A stretch of 63,335 nt of DNA, the filler included, from Candidatus Zapsychrus exili (GTDB taxonomy: Bacteria; Omnitrophota; Gorgyraeia; Zapsychrales; Zapsychraceae): assembly GCA_030765585.1 (NCBI GenBank). It is 7 parts of 7 records of this genome, joined end to end, with 100 filler letters (N's around TTAATTAATTAA, not from the genome) between each part and the next. Parts side by side here need not be neighbours in the genome. Positions count along the whole stretch, not along the records: positions 7,333 to 34,298 come from JAVCCJ010000019.1; 6 more parts are not named here. One strand, 5' to 3'. The notes below the pieces were generated by a model, which ran no database searches, had not been told where the DNA came from, and worked only from the letters and a program-made list of their open reading frames with translations. The position numbers and the translations under genes were made by a program. Positions 10,139 through 20,352 of this stretch are shown here, piece after piece; position 1 is the first letter of the stretch; each line of letters opens with the position of its first letter.

Positions 10139-11773
10139 ATGAATCTTTTTTCTAAAGACAATTTTAAAAGTCCTCCGACTAACCGTGACTCTCTTTTTCT
10201 AATATTTTTTACAATTTTTATTACATTCCAACCTTTTTATCTCCATAAAGAGTTTAATATATTTGAATACGGCATCTATTTGCCTGGTATTGATGCAATT
10301 TCTCGAGGGCTTGTTCCTTTTCGAGACTTTTTCCATTTAAGAGGGGCATTTGAACTTTATTTACCAGCGTTTTTTATGAATATTTTTGGAATGAAAGTGA
10401 GCGTGTTGTCGCTTTATTTTTACATAGGCAATGTTCTGGCTCTTATTTTATGCGTATTAATTGCAAAAGAGATTCTTAAAAGCAAACTTATATTCTATTT
10501 GAGCGTTCCTGTTTTAATTGCTAAAACTTTTCCAAGAGTTGTATTCACTTATTGGGGAGGTATGCGTTATGCTTTTGGGCTTTTAGTTTTATTTAGTGCT
10601 ATTAAGTTCTTTAAAAGTAAAAAGTATTTTTGGTTAGTTTTTTCTGGCATATTTGCTGCTGTTGGATTTTTTACTAGTATAGAAATAGGGGTTCTTTCTA
10701 CAATATCGGTTTTAGGAGCACTTGCTTTTTCTTGTATTTTTAAAGTCCAAAATATAAAAGAAGCGGCAAGAGGTCTTGGTAATTTTATCTCTGGTGCTCT
10801 TATTATATCTATCCCGTATTTGATCTATCTTATTCAAACCCAATCTTTAACTCCTTACGTAGAATCTTTCTTTACAGTGGCGATAAGCATTACAGGTGTA
10901 TTTGAGACAGCGAGTTGCCCGTCGAGTATGAAAGAATTATTTTATTGGTTTATGCCAACAAGTCCACATTTTAAACATATAACGCCTGCTTTTCTCTACT
11001 TTGCTCTTTTTATTTATTTAGCTAAAAAAGCATATGATAAAGATATATCAAGGCAAGAAATTTCAATCGTTGTAGTTGCGATCTATGGAGTTTTAATGTT
11101 TATATCTGCATTTCGTGCTGTTGAAGGCGATCAGTTTGAAATGGCACTTCAACCAGAGAAGATATTGTTATTTTATGCATTTGGCGAAAGTCTACTTTTT
11201 ATAAACAATAGGTTTGATAAAGGAAGACTTAAGATTGTCGCAAGTTCTATTTTAGTATTTTTTGTTTTGTTTTCTTGTATTTACTCTTTTAAAAGATATT
11301 TCAAAAGATTTGATTTCCCAAAGTTTTTGATAGGAAAGTATCAAGCTAAGCCTAATTGTCGCAAGCTTAATGTAGAAAGAGCAGGAAATTTAGTTGCAAG
11401 TAAATTTCAAGCAAAAGAAGTAGAACAATTAGTTGATGTTATACAGCAGGAAACAAATAAAGAAGATACTATTTTCTCATTTCCAGAGATGGGAACGTAT
11501 TTGTTTTTAGCAGATAGACAATTTTTTGGAAAGTTTCCAATGTATACATTTTCTTGGTTTAGCGACAACTGGCATAACGATCTCATTGCTGATATTAACG
11601 AAAATGAACCTGAATATGTTGTTATGCCAATCAAGCTTCATAGGAAATTTGAGCAGATATATTTTAAGGTTGCAAAAAATAGAGATAAGTATAATATTAT
11701 TATAAATATAATTACTAAAAATTATTATATAGCAAGTAGGACTGAAGAGTTCTATTTCTTTAAAAGAAGGTAA
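10139..11773 (+). CDS. Polytopic membrane protein, possible GT-C-type glycosyltransferase
   Basis: Many TM helices, early G..PFRDF loop, soluble C-terminal domain; lies in a glycan cluster. Confidence 0.55.
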   Translation: MNLFSKDNFKSPPTNRDSLFLIFFTIFITFQPFYLHKEFNIFEYGIYLPGIDAISRGLVPFRDFFHLRGAFELYLPAFFMNIFGMKVSVLSLYFYIGNVLALILCVLIAKEILKSKLIFYLSVPVLIAKTFPRVVFTYWGGMRYAFGLLVLFSAIKFFKSKKYFWLVFSGIFAAVGFFTSIEIGVLSTISVLGALAFSCIFKVQNIKEAARGLGNFISGALIISIPYLIYLIQTQSLTPYVESFFTVAISITGVFETASCPSSMKELFYWFMPTSPHFKHITPAFLYFALFIYLAKKAYDKDISRQEISIVVVAIYGVLMFISAFRAVEGDQFEMALQPEKILLFYAFGESLLFINNRFDKGRLKIVASSILVFFVLFSCIYSFKRYFKRFDFPKFLIGKYQAKPNCRKLNVERAGNLVASKFQAKEVEQLVDVIQQETNKEDTIFSFPEMGTYLFLADRQFFGKFPMYTFSWFSDNWHNDLIADINENEPEYVVMPIKLHRKFEQIYFKVAKNRDKYNIIINIITKNYYIASRTEEFYFFKRR

Positions 11774-11777
11774 TAAG

Positions 11778-12488
11778 ATGATGGTAAGTTTAAGCGACAT
11801 AACAGCAGTTGTGTTGTGCGGTGGACAAGGAAGCCGTTTAAAGAGCGTTACAGGCCAAACGCCTAAAGTTATGGCTGAATTTGGTCAAGAACCTTTCTTG
11901 AATTTCATCCTTAACTATCTGCAAGAGCAGGGGATACGAAATATTGTCTTGTGCACAGGTTATAAAGCTGATATATTAGAAAACTATTATGAGGCTAATA
12001 ATCAAGGGCTAAATATTAGGTTTTCTAAGGAAGATAAACCTCTTGGAACAGGTGGCGCATTAAAGAATGCTATAAAAATGATTGAAAGCGACCCTTGTTT
12101 TGTATTAAATGGAGATTCTTTGTGTGAAGTCGATTTAAAGGCTTTATTAGATTCTTATTATAAGAAAGAAACTATAGCAGAGCTTTCTGTGTCTAAAGTA
12201 GATAATGCAGAGGATTATGGGTCAATTGTTTTAAATGAAGAAAACAGGATAATGGCATTTGAAGAAAAACAAAGCGCAGAAAATAGATATGTTAATGCTG
12301 GGGTTTATTGTATATCAAAAAGAGCATTTGATTTAATGCCAGAACAAGATAAATTCTCGCTCGAAGTGGATTATTTTCCAAAGCTAGTAAGTAAGGATTT
12401 TTATGGTTTTGTTGTTGATAATAAGTTTTATGATATTGGAACACCAGAAAGATTTAATGAGGCTCAAAGAAAAATTAGAAGGAGATAG
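11778..12488 (+). CDS. Sugar-phosphate nucleotidyltransferase (HddC-like)
   Basis: LCGGQGSRL..PK, PLGTGGA, NGD, DIGTPE. Confidence 0.85.
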   Translation: MMVSLSDITAVVLCGGQGSRLKSVTGQTPKVMAEFGQEPFLNFILNYLQEQGIRNIVLCTGYKADILENYYEANNQGLNIRFSKEDKPLGTGGALKNAIKMIESDPCFVLNGDSLCEVDLKALLDSYYKKETIAELSVSKVDNAEDYGSIVLNEENRIMAFEEKQSAENRYVNAGVYCISKRAFDLMPEQDKFSLEVDYFPKLVSKDFYGFVVDNKFYDIGTPERFNEAQRKIRRR

Positions 12489-12492
12489 ATAA

Positions 12493-13671
12493 TTGAAAAT
12501 TGATAATCAAAAAAGTGAAACACTGTCAGAAAAAGCAAAATATAGAGTTCCATTTGGAACAGTTTCTATTACAGATAAAGCATCGGAATTAATAAAAGAT
12601 GCGCTTGTTTCTAAGTGGGTTACTCGTGGTAAATATGTTAAAGAGTTTGAAGAGAAATATGCAGAAATTTTTGGGGTAAAGGAAGCCGTTGCATTAAGTA
12701 GTGGTACTGATGCAGACGCATTAGCTTGTGCTGTGCTTTATGATTTTGGCGCAGAGAGAGGCGATGAGATAATCATTCCTGCTTTAACATTTGTTGCAAC
12801 AGCATCTGCAATCTTTCAAGCTGGATTTAAACCAGTGTTTGTTGACGTAGAGCGAGATACTTTAAATATAAATCCTGATAAAATTGAGGCTGCGATAACG
12901 AAAAAAACGCGTGCTATTATGCCAGTTCATTTAATGGGTAAACCAGCTGAAATGGATAAAATAATGGAGTTGGCTCAGAAGTATGATCTTAAAGTTATTG
13001 AAGATGCTGCTGAAGCACATGGAGCGGAATACAAGGGTAAGATGGTTGGCACGATAGGAGATATGGCAGCGTTTAGTCTTTATGCAGCACACATTGTAAC
13101 TACCATAGAAGGCGGAATTGTAATAACTGATAACCTCGAAATAGCCGAGGTTTTGAGATCTCTTCGTAATCATGGCATTGTAAATAAGTTTGAATTTAAA
13201 CGCATTGGTTTCTCAGCTAAAATGCATGAACTTGAGGCAGCTGTTGGACTTGGTAATATTGAGATATTTCAAGATATATTAAATAAACGCAGACGTAATT
13301 TGACATATTTAATTGAGAAATTTAAGAAATTTGATGAGTATTTTATTTATACAAAAGAAGATAGTCACGAAAAAATAGGACCGCATGCATTTGGTATTAT
13401 TTTGCGAGAAGGTTTAAATTTTACTAAAGATGAATTTGTTGATTTCATTGAAAGTAAAGGAGTGGACTCAAGAAATCTTTTCTATTCTATACCAACGCAG
13501 TGTTCGGGTTATGCATTTATGGGATATAGCCTAGGAGATTTTCCTGAGGCTGAATATTGTTCAGATAATGGTTTGCATATTGGGATACATCAGGATATTG
13601 AATTAGAAGACTTAGATTATGTAGAAGAGGTAGTAGTGGAATTTTTAAAAACAAAAGGATTAAAATTTTAA
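12493..13671 (+). CDS. DegT/DnrJ-fold PLP enzyme with His at the catalytic-Lys position (ColD/E1-like)
   Basis: SSGTDA, IEDAAEAHG, SLYAAHIVTTIEGG. Confidence 0.8.
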   Translation: MKIDNQKSETLSEKAKYRVPFGTVSITDKASELIKDALVSKWVTRGKYVKEFEEKYAEIFGVKEAVALSSGTDADALACAVLYDFGAERGDEIIIPALTFVATASAIFQAGFKPVFVDVERDTLNINPDKIEAAITKKTRAIMPVHLMGKPAEMDKIMELAQKYDLKVIEDAAEAHGAEYKGKMVGTIGDMAAFSLYAAHIVTTIEGGIVITDNLEIAEVLRSLRNHGIVNKFEFKRIGFSAKMHELEAAVGLGNIEIFQDILNKRRRNLTYLIEKFKKFDEYFIYTKEDSHEKIGPHAFGIILREGLNFTKDEFVDFIESKGVDSRNLFYSIPTQCSGYAFMGYSLGDFPEAEYCSDNGLHIGIHQDIELEDLDYVEEVVVEFLKTKGLKF

Positions 13672-13675
13672 CATT

Positions 13676-14791
13676 ATGAAGATTGCTATTAATTGTAGAT
13701 CATTTTTAAATAGAAAATATACTGGCATTGGACGCTATGCTTATCATCTGCTTAAAAGTTTAAGCAAGATTGATGAAAAGAATAAATATCTTCTTTATGT
13801 AAAAAAAGGCTTTATAAGTATTAATAAAAGAATGCCAAATTTTGATTCAAAGAATTTCTGCCCAAAAGTCGATTGTTTTGATAAAGGCATGGACAAGACA
13901 TTGGGCAAGGTAGATATTTTTCATTCGCCTTCACCAGATTCTTTGAATATAAATGGTGGCGCTAAAATAATTGTTACGGTTCATGATCTTATATTTAAAA
14001 CCTTTCCCCAGGGACATACTCAAAAAACTTTAGATGATACTGAAAAACAGTTTGAATATATTTGTCAGAGAGCATCTAAAATTATTTGTTGTTCAAAGAA
14101 TACTGTTTCAGATCTAGAAAGTTATTTTAATATAAAGAAAGAAAAGGTATCTTTGGTGTATCAAGGAGTTGATAAGAGCGTATTTTATCCTATTGGAGAA
14201 GATGAATCTAGATTGGCAGATCATGTAATTCGTTCTAAAGGGATTAGAGATCCATTTTTATTGTCGGTTGGAACAATTGAGCCAAGAAAGAATTTAGAAA
14301 ATGTGCTTCAAGCATTTGATAAGTTAAGAACAAGAAGACAATTTTTAGGAAAATTGGTAGTTGTTGGTATGAAGGGATGGATGAGCGATAGCATTGAAGG
14401 TCTTATTCGTAAACTAGAGCTTCGCGATCATGTTATATTTTTAGGGTATTTAACAGATCCAGAATTACGTTTTCTTTATAATAAAGCAGAGGCGCTTGTG
14501 TTTCCATCGTTCTACGAAGGATTTGGTTTTCCAATTGTTGAGGCATTTTGTTGTGGCACACCTGTTGTTACGTCGAATGTTTCTTCTTGCCCTGAAGTTG
14601 CACAAGATGCAGCTATAACCGTTAATCCGTATAGTCCTGAGGCAATTGAACGAGCTATTGATAAGATTGTAAACGATATAGACTTAAAGAAATCATTAAT
14701 AGAAAAAGGATTTAAGAGAGTAGAAGATTTTAGTTTTCATAAAACAGCGCAAGAAACATTAAAAATTTATGAACAAGTTCATAAGTCGTAA
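13676..14791 (+). CDS. Glycosyltransferase family 4
   Basis: TGIGRY, GTIEPRKN, FPSFYEGFGFPIVEA. Confidence 0.92.
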   Translation: MKIAINCRSFLNRKYTGIGRYAYHLLKSLSKIDEKNKYLLYVKKGFISINKRMPNFDSKNFCPKVDCFDKGMDKTLGKVDIFHSPSPDSLNINGGAKIIVTVHDLIFKTFPQGHTQKTLDDTEKQFEYICQRASKIICCSKNTVSDLESYFNIKKEKVSLVYQGVDKSVFYPIGEDESRLADHVIRSKGIRDPFLLSVGTIEPRKNLENVLQAFDKLRTRRQFLGKLVVVGMKGWMSDSIEGLIRKLELRDHVIFLGYLTDPELRFLYNKAEALVFPSFYEGFGFPIVEAFCCGTPVVTSNVSSCPEVAQDAAITVNPYSPEAIERAIDKIVNDIDLKKSLIEKGFKRVEDFSFHKTAQETLKIYEQVHKS

Positions 14792-14863
14792 TTATTGGAT
14801 CCGGCTTGTCTAAAAAGGTACCTGGTTCTTTTTTGCAAAAGGGCCAGGTGCTTTTATACTATT

Positions 14864-15703
14864 ATGAAAATAAGCGGCTTTACAATAGCTCGAAACATAG
14901 TTAAGTACAACTACCCGGTTGTAGAATCTATAAAGTCTATATTGCCTATTTGCAATGAATTTATAGTAAATGTCGGCGACTCAGAAGACAACACTTTAGA
15001 TATAATCAAATCTATAGATAGTAATAAAATTCGTATAGTTGAGAATGAGTGGGATATGTCTATGGGTTCGAATGTTCTTTCTTATCAGACAAATCTTGCG
15101 CTTGAAGAATGTTCTGGTGATTGGGCTTTTTATGTTCAAGGCGATGAAGTAATTCATGAATATGATTTGCTCGTGCTTAAGAAAATTATGACCCATGAAT
15201 TTAAATATGACAATATTGATGCTATACGTTTTCGTTGGTTGCATTTTTATGGAAGTCATTTTAGATATAGGATAGATAAAGGATGGTATCAAAAGCAAGA
15301 TAGAATTATAAGAAATAATGGAGAAATAGAATCTATTGGAGACGCTTATGGTTTCGCAAGAAAAGATGGAGGGGATCTTAAAAGAAGAAAAACAAATTGT
15401 TTTGTTTATCATTATGGATGGGTTCAGCCACAGGATGTTATGAGTAAGCGTCGTAATAATGCAGATAAAATAGGGTTTGTTTTATTAAGTGAAAAACAAA
15501 CAGACAAATATTCTTATGGAGATTTAGATAGGTTTCCTGTTTATTTCGGGACACATCCTAAAGTAATGGAAGAAAAGATAAAAACTCATTTCTTAAGTCA
15601 GCAGGATTATGATTCTATACAAAAGAAATATTGGTGGAATCCACTTAATATTTTAAAGGTGCGATATAAAACAGGCAAAAGAATTAAAGAAAAGATTGAT
15701 TAA
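14864..15703 (+). CDS. Glycosyltransferase family 2-like
   Basis: MKISGFTIARN, VGDSEDNT, QGDE, HYGW; likely start 14864. Confidence 0.85.
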   Translation: MKISGFTIARNIVKYNYPVVESIKSILPICNEFIVNVGDSEDNTLDIIKSIDSNKIRIVENEWDMSMGSNVLSYQTNLALEECSGDWAFYVQGDEVIHEYDLLVLKKIMTHEFKYDNIDAIRFRWLHFYGSHFRYRIDKGWYQKQDRIIRNNGEIESIGDAYGFARKDGGDLKRRKTNCFVYHYGWVQPQDVMSKRRNNADKIGFVLLSEKQTDKYSYGDLDRFPVYFGTHPKVMEEKIKTHFLSQQDYDSIQKKYWWNPLNILKVRYKTGKRIKEKID

Positions 15704-15712
15704 AGGTAAACA

Positions 15713-16783
15713 ATGAAAACAGATGAAAATTTATATGCTCTTATTTTAGCAGGTGGCGCTGGAACACGTTTTTGGCCTAAAAGTCGTCAGTGTAATCCTA
15801 AACAATTCTTAGATATTGTAGGTGTGAATAATCTTTTTGTTCAAACTGTGTCCCGTATAAATAAGAAAATTGCTGTTAAGAATATATTTATAGTTGCAAA
15901 CAAAGATTTTAAGTCTCAGGTTAAAAAGTATATATCAAAATTTAAAATACCTATGGCAAATGTGCTTCTTGAGCCTTCTGCTAAAAATACAGCCGCATCA
16001 ATCTGCTTCGGAGTAGCCCATATTAATTCAATAAACAAGAATGCAGTTGTAGGTGTGTTTCCGTCGGATCACTTGATATCAAAAGAAAAGAAATTTATAA
16101 GCGTGTTAAGCAAGGCTTATCTCCTAGCAAAAGATAATCATCTAGTTACTTTTGGAATAACACCAAGTAGGCCTGAGACAGGATATGGATATCTTAAGGT
16201 AAAGAAACAAAAGATAAAAGGTAAAGATATTCTTAAGGTTAAGGAATTTACAGAAAAGCCGAGCGTAAAGAAAGCAAAAGCCTTTATAAAGAGTAAAAAT
16301 TATTTGTGGAATGGTGGGATATTTGTTTGGAAGGCATCTGTTATATTGGATGAGTTTAAAACATATTTACCAACTACCTTAAAGACAATAGGTCTAAATC
16401 CAACAAATGTGAGTGTTTCTAAAAGTTGGAAGAAATTAAAGAAAGTATCAATTGATTATGGCATTTTAGAAAAAGCAAAAAATATAGTAGCGGTTAATAC
16501 AGGTGATATAGGCTGGTCTGATTTGGGAAGTTGGGAAGCGTTAGCAGATATTTCCAGCAAAGATAAAAATGGAAATATTTTTAATAGTAATGTTGTTTCT
16601 ATAAATTGTAAGAATACTTATGTTTCGGTGAGTGATAAAAAACTTGTTGCTACAATTGGAATAGAGGATTTAGTTATTATTGATACAAAAGATGCTCTTT
16701 TAGTTTGTCCAAAAAATAAATCGCAAGAAGTTAAAGATATGGTATCGGCTTTAAATAAGGGTGGAAAAAAATCTTATTTATGA
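15713..16783 (+). CDS. manC: Mannose-1-phosphate guanylyltransferase
   Basis: LAGGAGTRFWP.SR..PKQF, PSDH, PETGYGY, WSDLGSW. Confidence 0.92.
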   Translation: MKTDENLYALILAGGAGTRFWPKSRQCNPKQFLDIVGVNNLFVQTVSRINKKIAVKNIFIVANKDFKSQVKKYISKFKIPMANVLLEPSAKNTAASICFGVAHINSINKNAVVGVFPSDHLISKEKKFISVLSKAYLLAKDNHLVTFGITPSRPETGYGYLKVKKQKIKGKDILKVKEFTEKPSVKKAKAFIKSKNYLWNGGIFVWKASVILDEFKTYLPTTLKTIGLNPTNVSVSKSWKKLKKVSIDYGILEKAKNIVAVNTGDIGWSDLGSWEALADISSKDKNGNIFNSNVVSINCKNTYVSVSDKKLVATIGIEDLVIIDTKDALLVCPKNKSQEVKDMVSALNKGGKKSYL

Positions 16784-17838
16784 AAAAGATACTTATTATA
16801 AATATATTTGGTATTGGTGATGTTCTTTTTACAATACCTCTTATAAGAAATTTAAAACAAGACTATAAAGATTGCTCCATTGGCTATTTATCAAACAGAA
16901 GGACAGAATTTGTTCTAAATAGTAATCCTTTTGTCGATAAAGTTTTTGTTTATGAGCGCGATGAATTTTATCAATTTTCAAAAGAATCAAAAATATTGTA
17001 TTTTAAAAAGTTCTTTGAACTCATAGGGAATATAAGACAAGAAAAATACGATGTTGTAATTGATGTTTCTTTAAACAGGTTAATGAGTTTTGTTGCATTT
17101 TTAGCTGGTATACCTAAGAGAATAGGTTTTAATTATAAAAATAGAAGTATTTTTCTTAATAAAAAGATTAAATTAGAAGGATATGAAGGTAAACACATTG
17201 TTGAGTATTATCTTGAACTTCTTTGTGAAATAGGAGTTTCTACAGAAAAAAAGGAATTAAAGCTTAATATAAGCAAAGAAGATGACGCTTGGTCTAAAGA
17301 TTTCTTTAATAAAAATGGTATTGAAGGTAAAAATACTATTGCTTTAGTACCAGGAGGCGGGGCAAGCTGGGGGAAAGACGCCAGATATAAGTGTCTACCA
17401 GCCGAAAAATATGCGAAATTAGCTGATAAAATCATTGAAAATTATTCTTTAGATATTATACTGTTGGGTGATGCTAGTGAACATGAATTGTGCATGAAAA
17501 TTGCACATTTAATGGATAAAAAGCCTATTTTAGTAGCAGGAAAGACAACGATAGGTCAGTTTGCCGCATTAGTCTCAAAGTGTCGTTGTGTAGTTTTAAA
17601 CGATGGAGGCCCTTTACACATCTCAGTTGCAGCAGGTGCAAAGACAATTTCTGTTTTTGGTCCAGTAGATGAAAATGTTTATGGTCCTTTTCCTAGCGAT
17701 GGACACATTGTTGTTAAAGCGTCTGTAGTATGTCGCCCTTGTTATAGAAAATTCAGACGTTCTAGTTGCGAGCATATAAGTTGTCTAAATAATATAACAG
17801 TAGAAGATTTATTTAGAAAGGTACAAAGTTTTTTATGA
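16780..17838 (+). CDS. Glycosyltransferase family 9 (heptosyltransferase-like)
   Basis: GIGDVL..P, NDGGPLH, FGP, CRPC. Confidence 0.9.
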   Translation: MKKILIINIFGIGDVLFTIPLIRNLKQDYKDCSIGYLSNRRTEFVLNSNPFVDKVFVYERDEFYQFSKESKILYFKKFFELIGNIRQEKYDVVIDVSLNRLMSFVAFLAGIPKRIGFNYKNRSIFLNKKIKLEGYEGKHIVEYYLELLCEIGVSTEKKELKLNISKEDDAWSKDFFNKNGIEGKNTIALVPGGGASWGKDARYKCLPAEKYAKLADKIIENYSLDIILLGDASEHELCMKIAHLMDKKPILVAGKTTIGQFAALVSKCRCVVLNDGGPLHISVAAGAKTISVFGPVDENVYGPFPSDGHIVVKASVVCRPCYRKFRRSSCEHISCLNNITVEDLFRKVQSFL

Positions 17839-18938
17839 ATATTCCGTTTATTGATTTTAGCGAACAATATAAAATGATTAAAGACGAAATTGATGTTGGT
17901 TTAAAGGAAGTTTTTGAATCGGGAGCTTTTATTTTAGGTCCACAAGAAAAAGCATTTGAAGCAGATTTTTCTGCCTATTGTGATTCAAAGTATGGAATAG
18001 GTGTTAATTCTGGGACAGATGCATTATATTTGGCTTTAGGGGCTTTAGGTGTGCAACCAGGGGATGAAGTAATACTTCCTTCGTTTACATTTATTGCGAC
18101 AGCGCTTTGTATATCTTATACCGGAGCAAAGCCTGTTTTTGTTGAGGTTGAAGACACAACCTATAACATTGATCCAAATAAATTAGAAGCGCTTATTACA
18201 GACAAAACAAAAGTTATTATGCCCGTTCATCTTTATGGACAATGTGCTAATATGGATGAGATTGTGCAAATTGCAAAGAAATATAATATAGCAGTTGTTG
18301 AAGATGCTGCACAGGCTCATGGAGCAATTTATAAGGGTAAAAAAATAGGTTCTTTAGGAGATGTTGCTTGTTTTAGTTTTTATCCTACAAAAAGTTTAGG
18401 TGCTTTTGGCGACGGAGGAATGGTTATAACTAGTAATGAAGAGATAGATAAGAAAGTAAGAATGCTAAGAGACTATGGAAGAGAAGGAAGATATGACCAC
18501 AAAGTAAAAGGCTTTAATTCAAGATTAGATACTGTGCAAGCTGTTGTTTTATCTGCAAAGCTAAAAAGGCTTGATGAGTTTAATAGAATGAGAAATGAAG
18601 CAGCTCAGTATTATTTTAAGATGCTTGAGGGTGTTGACGGCATTGTTGTACCAAAGATTGCAGAGGATAGAACTCACGTATTTCAAACTTTTGGAATTCG
18701 TGTTTTAGAAAATAGAGATGCTGTATTAGATAAAATGAAAGAAAAAGGAGTGGGAGTATTAATTCATTATCCTATACCAGTTCATCTTCAGGAGGCGTAT
18801 AAGGACGCTGGTTACAAAGAAGGAGATCTTCCTGTAACAGAACAAATTGCTAATCAAGTTTTGTCACTTCCAATGTTTCCGCATATAACAAAGGAGCAAA
18901 TTGATTATGTTTGTGATTTACTAAAGAAATGTTTATAA
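17835..18938 (+). CDS. DegT/DnrJ/EryC1/StrS sugar aminotransferase
   Basis: EDAAQAHGA, SFYPTKSLGAFGDGG with catalytic Lys. Confidence 0.93.
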   Translation: MNIPFIDFSEQYKMIKDEIDVGLKEVFESGAFILGPQEKAFEADFSAYCDSKYGIGVNSGTDALYLALGALGVQPGDEVILPSFTFIATALCISYTGAKPVFVEVEDTTYNIDPNKLEALITDKTKVIMPVHLYGQCANMDEIVQIAKKYNIAVVEDAAQAHGAIYKGKKIGSLGDVACFSFYPTKSLGAFGDGGMVITSNEEIDKKVRMLRDYGREGRYDHKVKGFNSRLDTVQAVVLSAKLKRLDEFNRMRNEAAQYYFKMLEGVDGIVVPKIAEDRTHVFQTFGIRVLENRDAVLDKMKEKGVGVLIHYPIPVHLQEAYKDAGYKEGDLPVTEQIANQVLSLPMFPHITKEQIDYVCDLLKKCL

Positions 18939-18964
18939 ACAAAATATAATAAGTTAGGTAAAAA

Positions 18965-19723
18965 ATGGCAAAAGTATCAGTAGTTGTTATAACAAAGAAC
19001 GAAGAAGAAAATATTGGGCCTTGTCTTGCGAGTGTGCATGGTTGGGCAGATGAAATTATAATAGTCGACGACGAAAGTACTGATAATACAGTCGAGGTTG
19101 CAAGCAAATATGCTGATAAGGTGCTTCATAGAAAAATGGAGAATGAAGGTATTCATCGCAATTGGTCTTATGCGCAAGCTTCAAATGAATGGGTATTGAG
19201 TTTAGACGCTGATGAATATGCAACTAAAGAGTTAACAGAAGAAATAACTAAGGCTATAGATGAAGGTAAATATCAAGCGTTCTCTATACCGCTTAAGAAT
19301 TATATAGGAATATATTGGGTCAAGCATGCTGGATGGTATCCAGCTGGTAAGCTTAGACTTTTTATGAGAGATAAATTTAGGTATGAAGAGGTAAAAGTCC
19401 ATCCAAGGGTATTTTTAGACGGAGAAACCGGGCATTTGACAAAAGATATAGTGCATAAAGGCTACCCTAATTTTGAACATTTTCTGCAAAGTTTAAATAG
19501 GCAGACAACGCTAGAGGCTGAGAAGTGGATAATAACAGGAAGAAATATGTCTATGGGAAAAGCTATATGGCGTACCATTGATCGTTTTCCTCGTTCCTAT
19601 ATTGGTAAAGGTGGATGGAAAGATGGATTTATTGGTTTTATGGTTGGTTTCTTTGCTTCACTTTATCAAATCATGAGTTATGCTAAATATTGGCAAATGA
19701 AAAAGGAAAATACTGTTAAATGA
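18965..19723 (+). CDS. Glycosyltransferase family 2 (WaaE/KdtX-like)
   Basis: SVVVITKNEE, DDESTDNT, LDADE. Confidence 0.9.
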   Translation: MAKVSVVVITKNEEENIGPCLASVHGWADEIIIVDDESTDNTVEVASKYADKVLHRKMENEGIHRNWSYAQASNEWVLSLDADEYATKELTEEITKAIDEGKYQAFSIPLKNYIGIYWVKHAGWYPAGKLRLFMRDKFRYEEVKVHPRVFLDGETGHLTKDIVHKGYPNFEHFLQSLNRQTTLEAEKWIITGRNMSMGKAIWRTIDRFPRSYIGKGGWKDGFIGFMVGFFASLYQIMSYAKYWQMKKENTVK

Positions 19724-20313
19724 AATATGTATTCTTAGATAGAGATGGAGTAATAAATGAATTTCCTGGAAACGGGAAATATGTAACTAAGGTTAAGGAC
19801 TTTCATTTTATACCAGGTGTTTTAGATGCTCTTAAAATTTTAACTGATAGAGGTTTTAAAATATTTGTTATATCTAATCAAGCAGGTGTTAGTAGAGGTA
19901 TTTATTCTAAGTTAAAGCTTAATCAGATAACAAAAAAGATGGTTAATGGCGCTAAAAAAGCAGGAGCTAAAATACAAAAGGTACAGTATTGTATACATAA
20001 GTCTGATGATTTATGTGATTGCAGAAAGCCTGGAACAGGCTCTATTGAACGTGCAATGGCATCTGTAGGAAAGCATATAGATGATGCTGAAGATTCGTTC
20101 TTTGTTGGAGATACTAAGTCTGATATTTTAACAGGGTATAACGCAAAGTTAAGAACAATTTTTGTTTTAACTGGTAGAGCTAAACGTCATCATGTAAGAA
20201 AATGGGGAATAAAGCCAGACTTTATTATGGAAGATCTTTATCAAGCTACTCAACTTATTACAATGAAAAATCCTCCTAAAGTTGATAGAAGAGCAAAAAC
20301 AAAAGTTAGATAG
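19720..20313 (+). CDS. gmhB: D,D-heptose 1,7-bisphosphate phosphatase (HAD IIIA)
   Basis: FLDRDGVIN, SNQAG, CxH..CDCRKP, VGD. Confidence 0.85.
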   Translation: MKYVFLDRDGVINEFPGNGKYVTKVKDFHFIPGVLDALKILTDRGFKIFVISNQAGVSRGIYSKLKLNQITKKMVNGAKKAGAKIQKVQYCIHKSDDLCDCRKPGTGSIERAMASVGKHIDDAEDSFFVGDTKSDILTGYNAKLRTIFVLTGRAKRHHVRKWGIKPDFIMEDLYQATQLITMKNPPKVDRRAKTKVR

Positions 20314-20352
20314 TAATTAATAAAAATATATCACTTATTATGGAGTATATTT

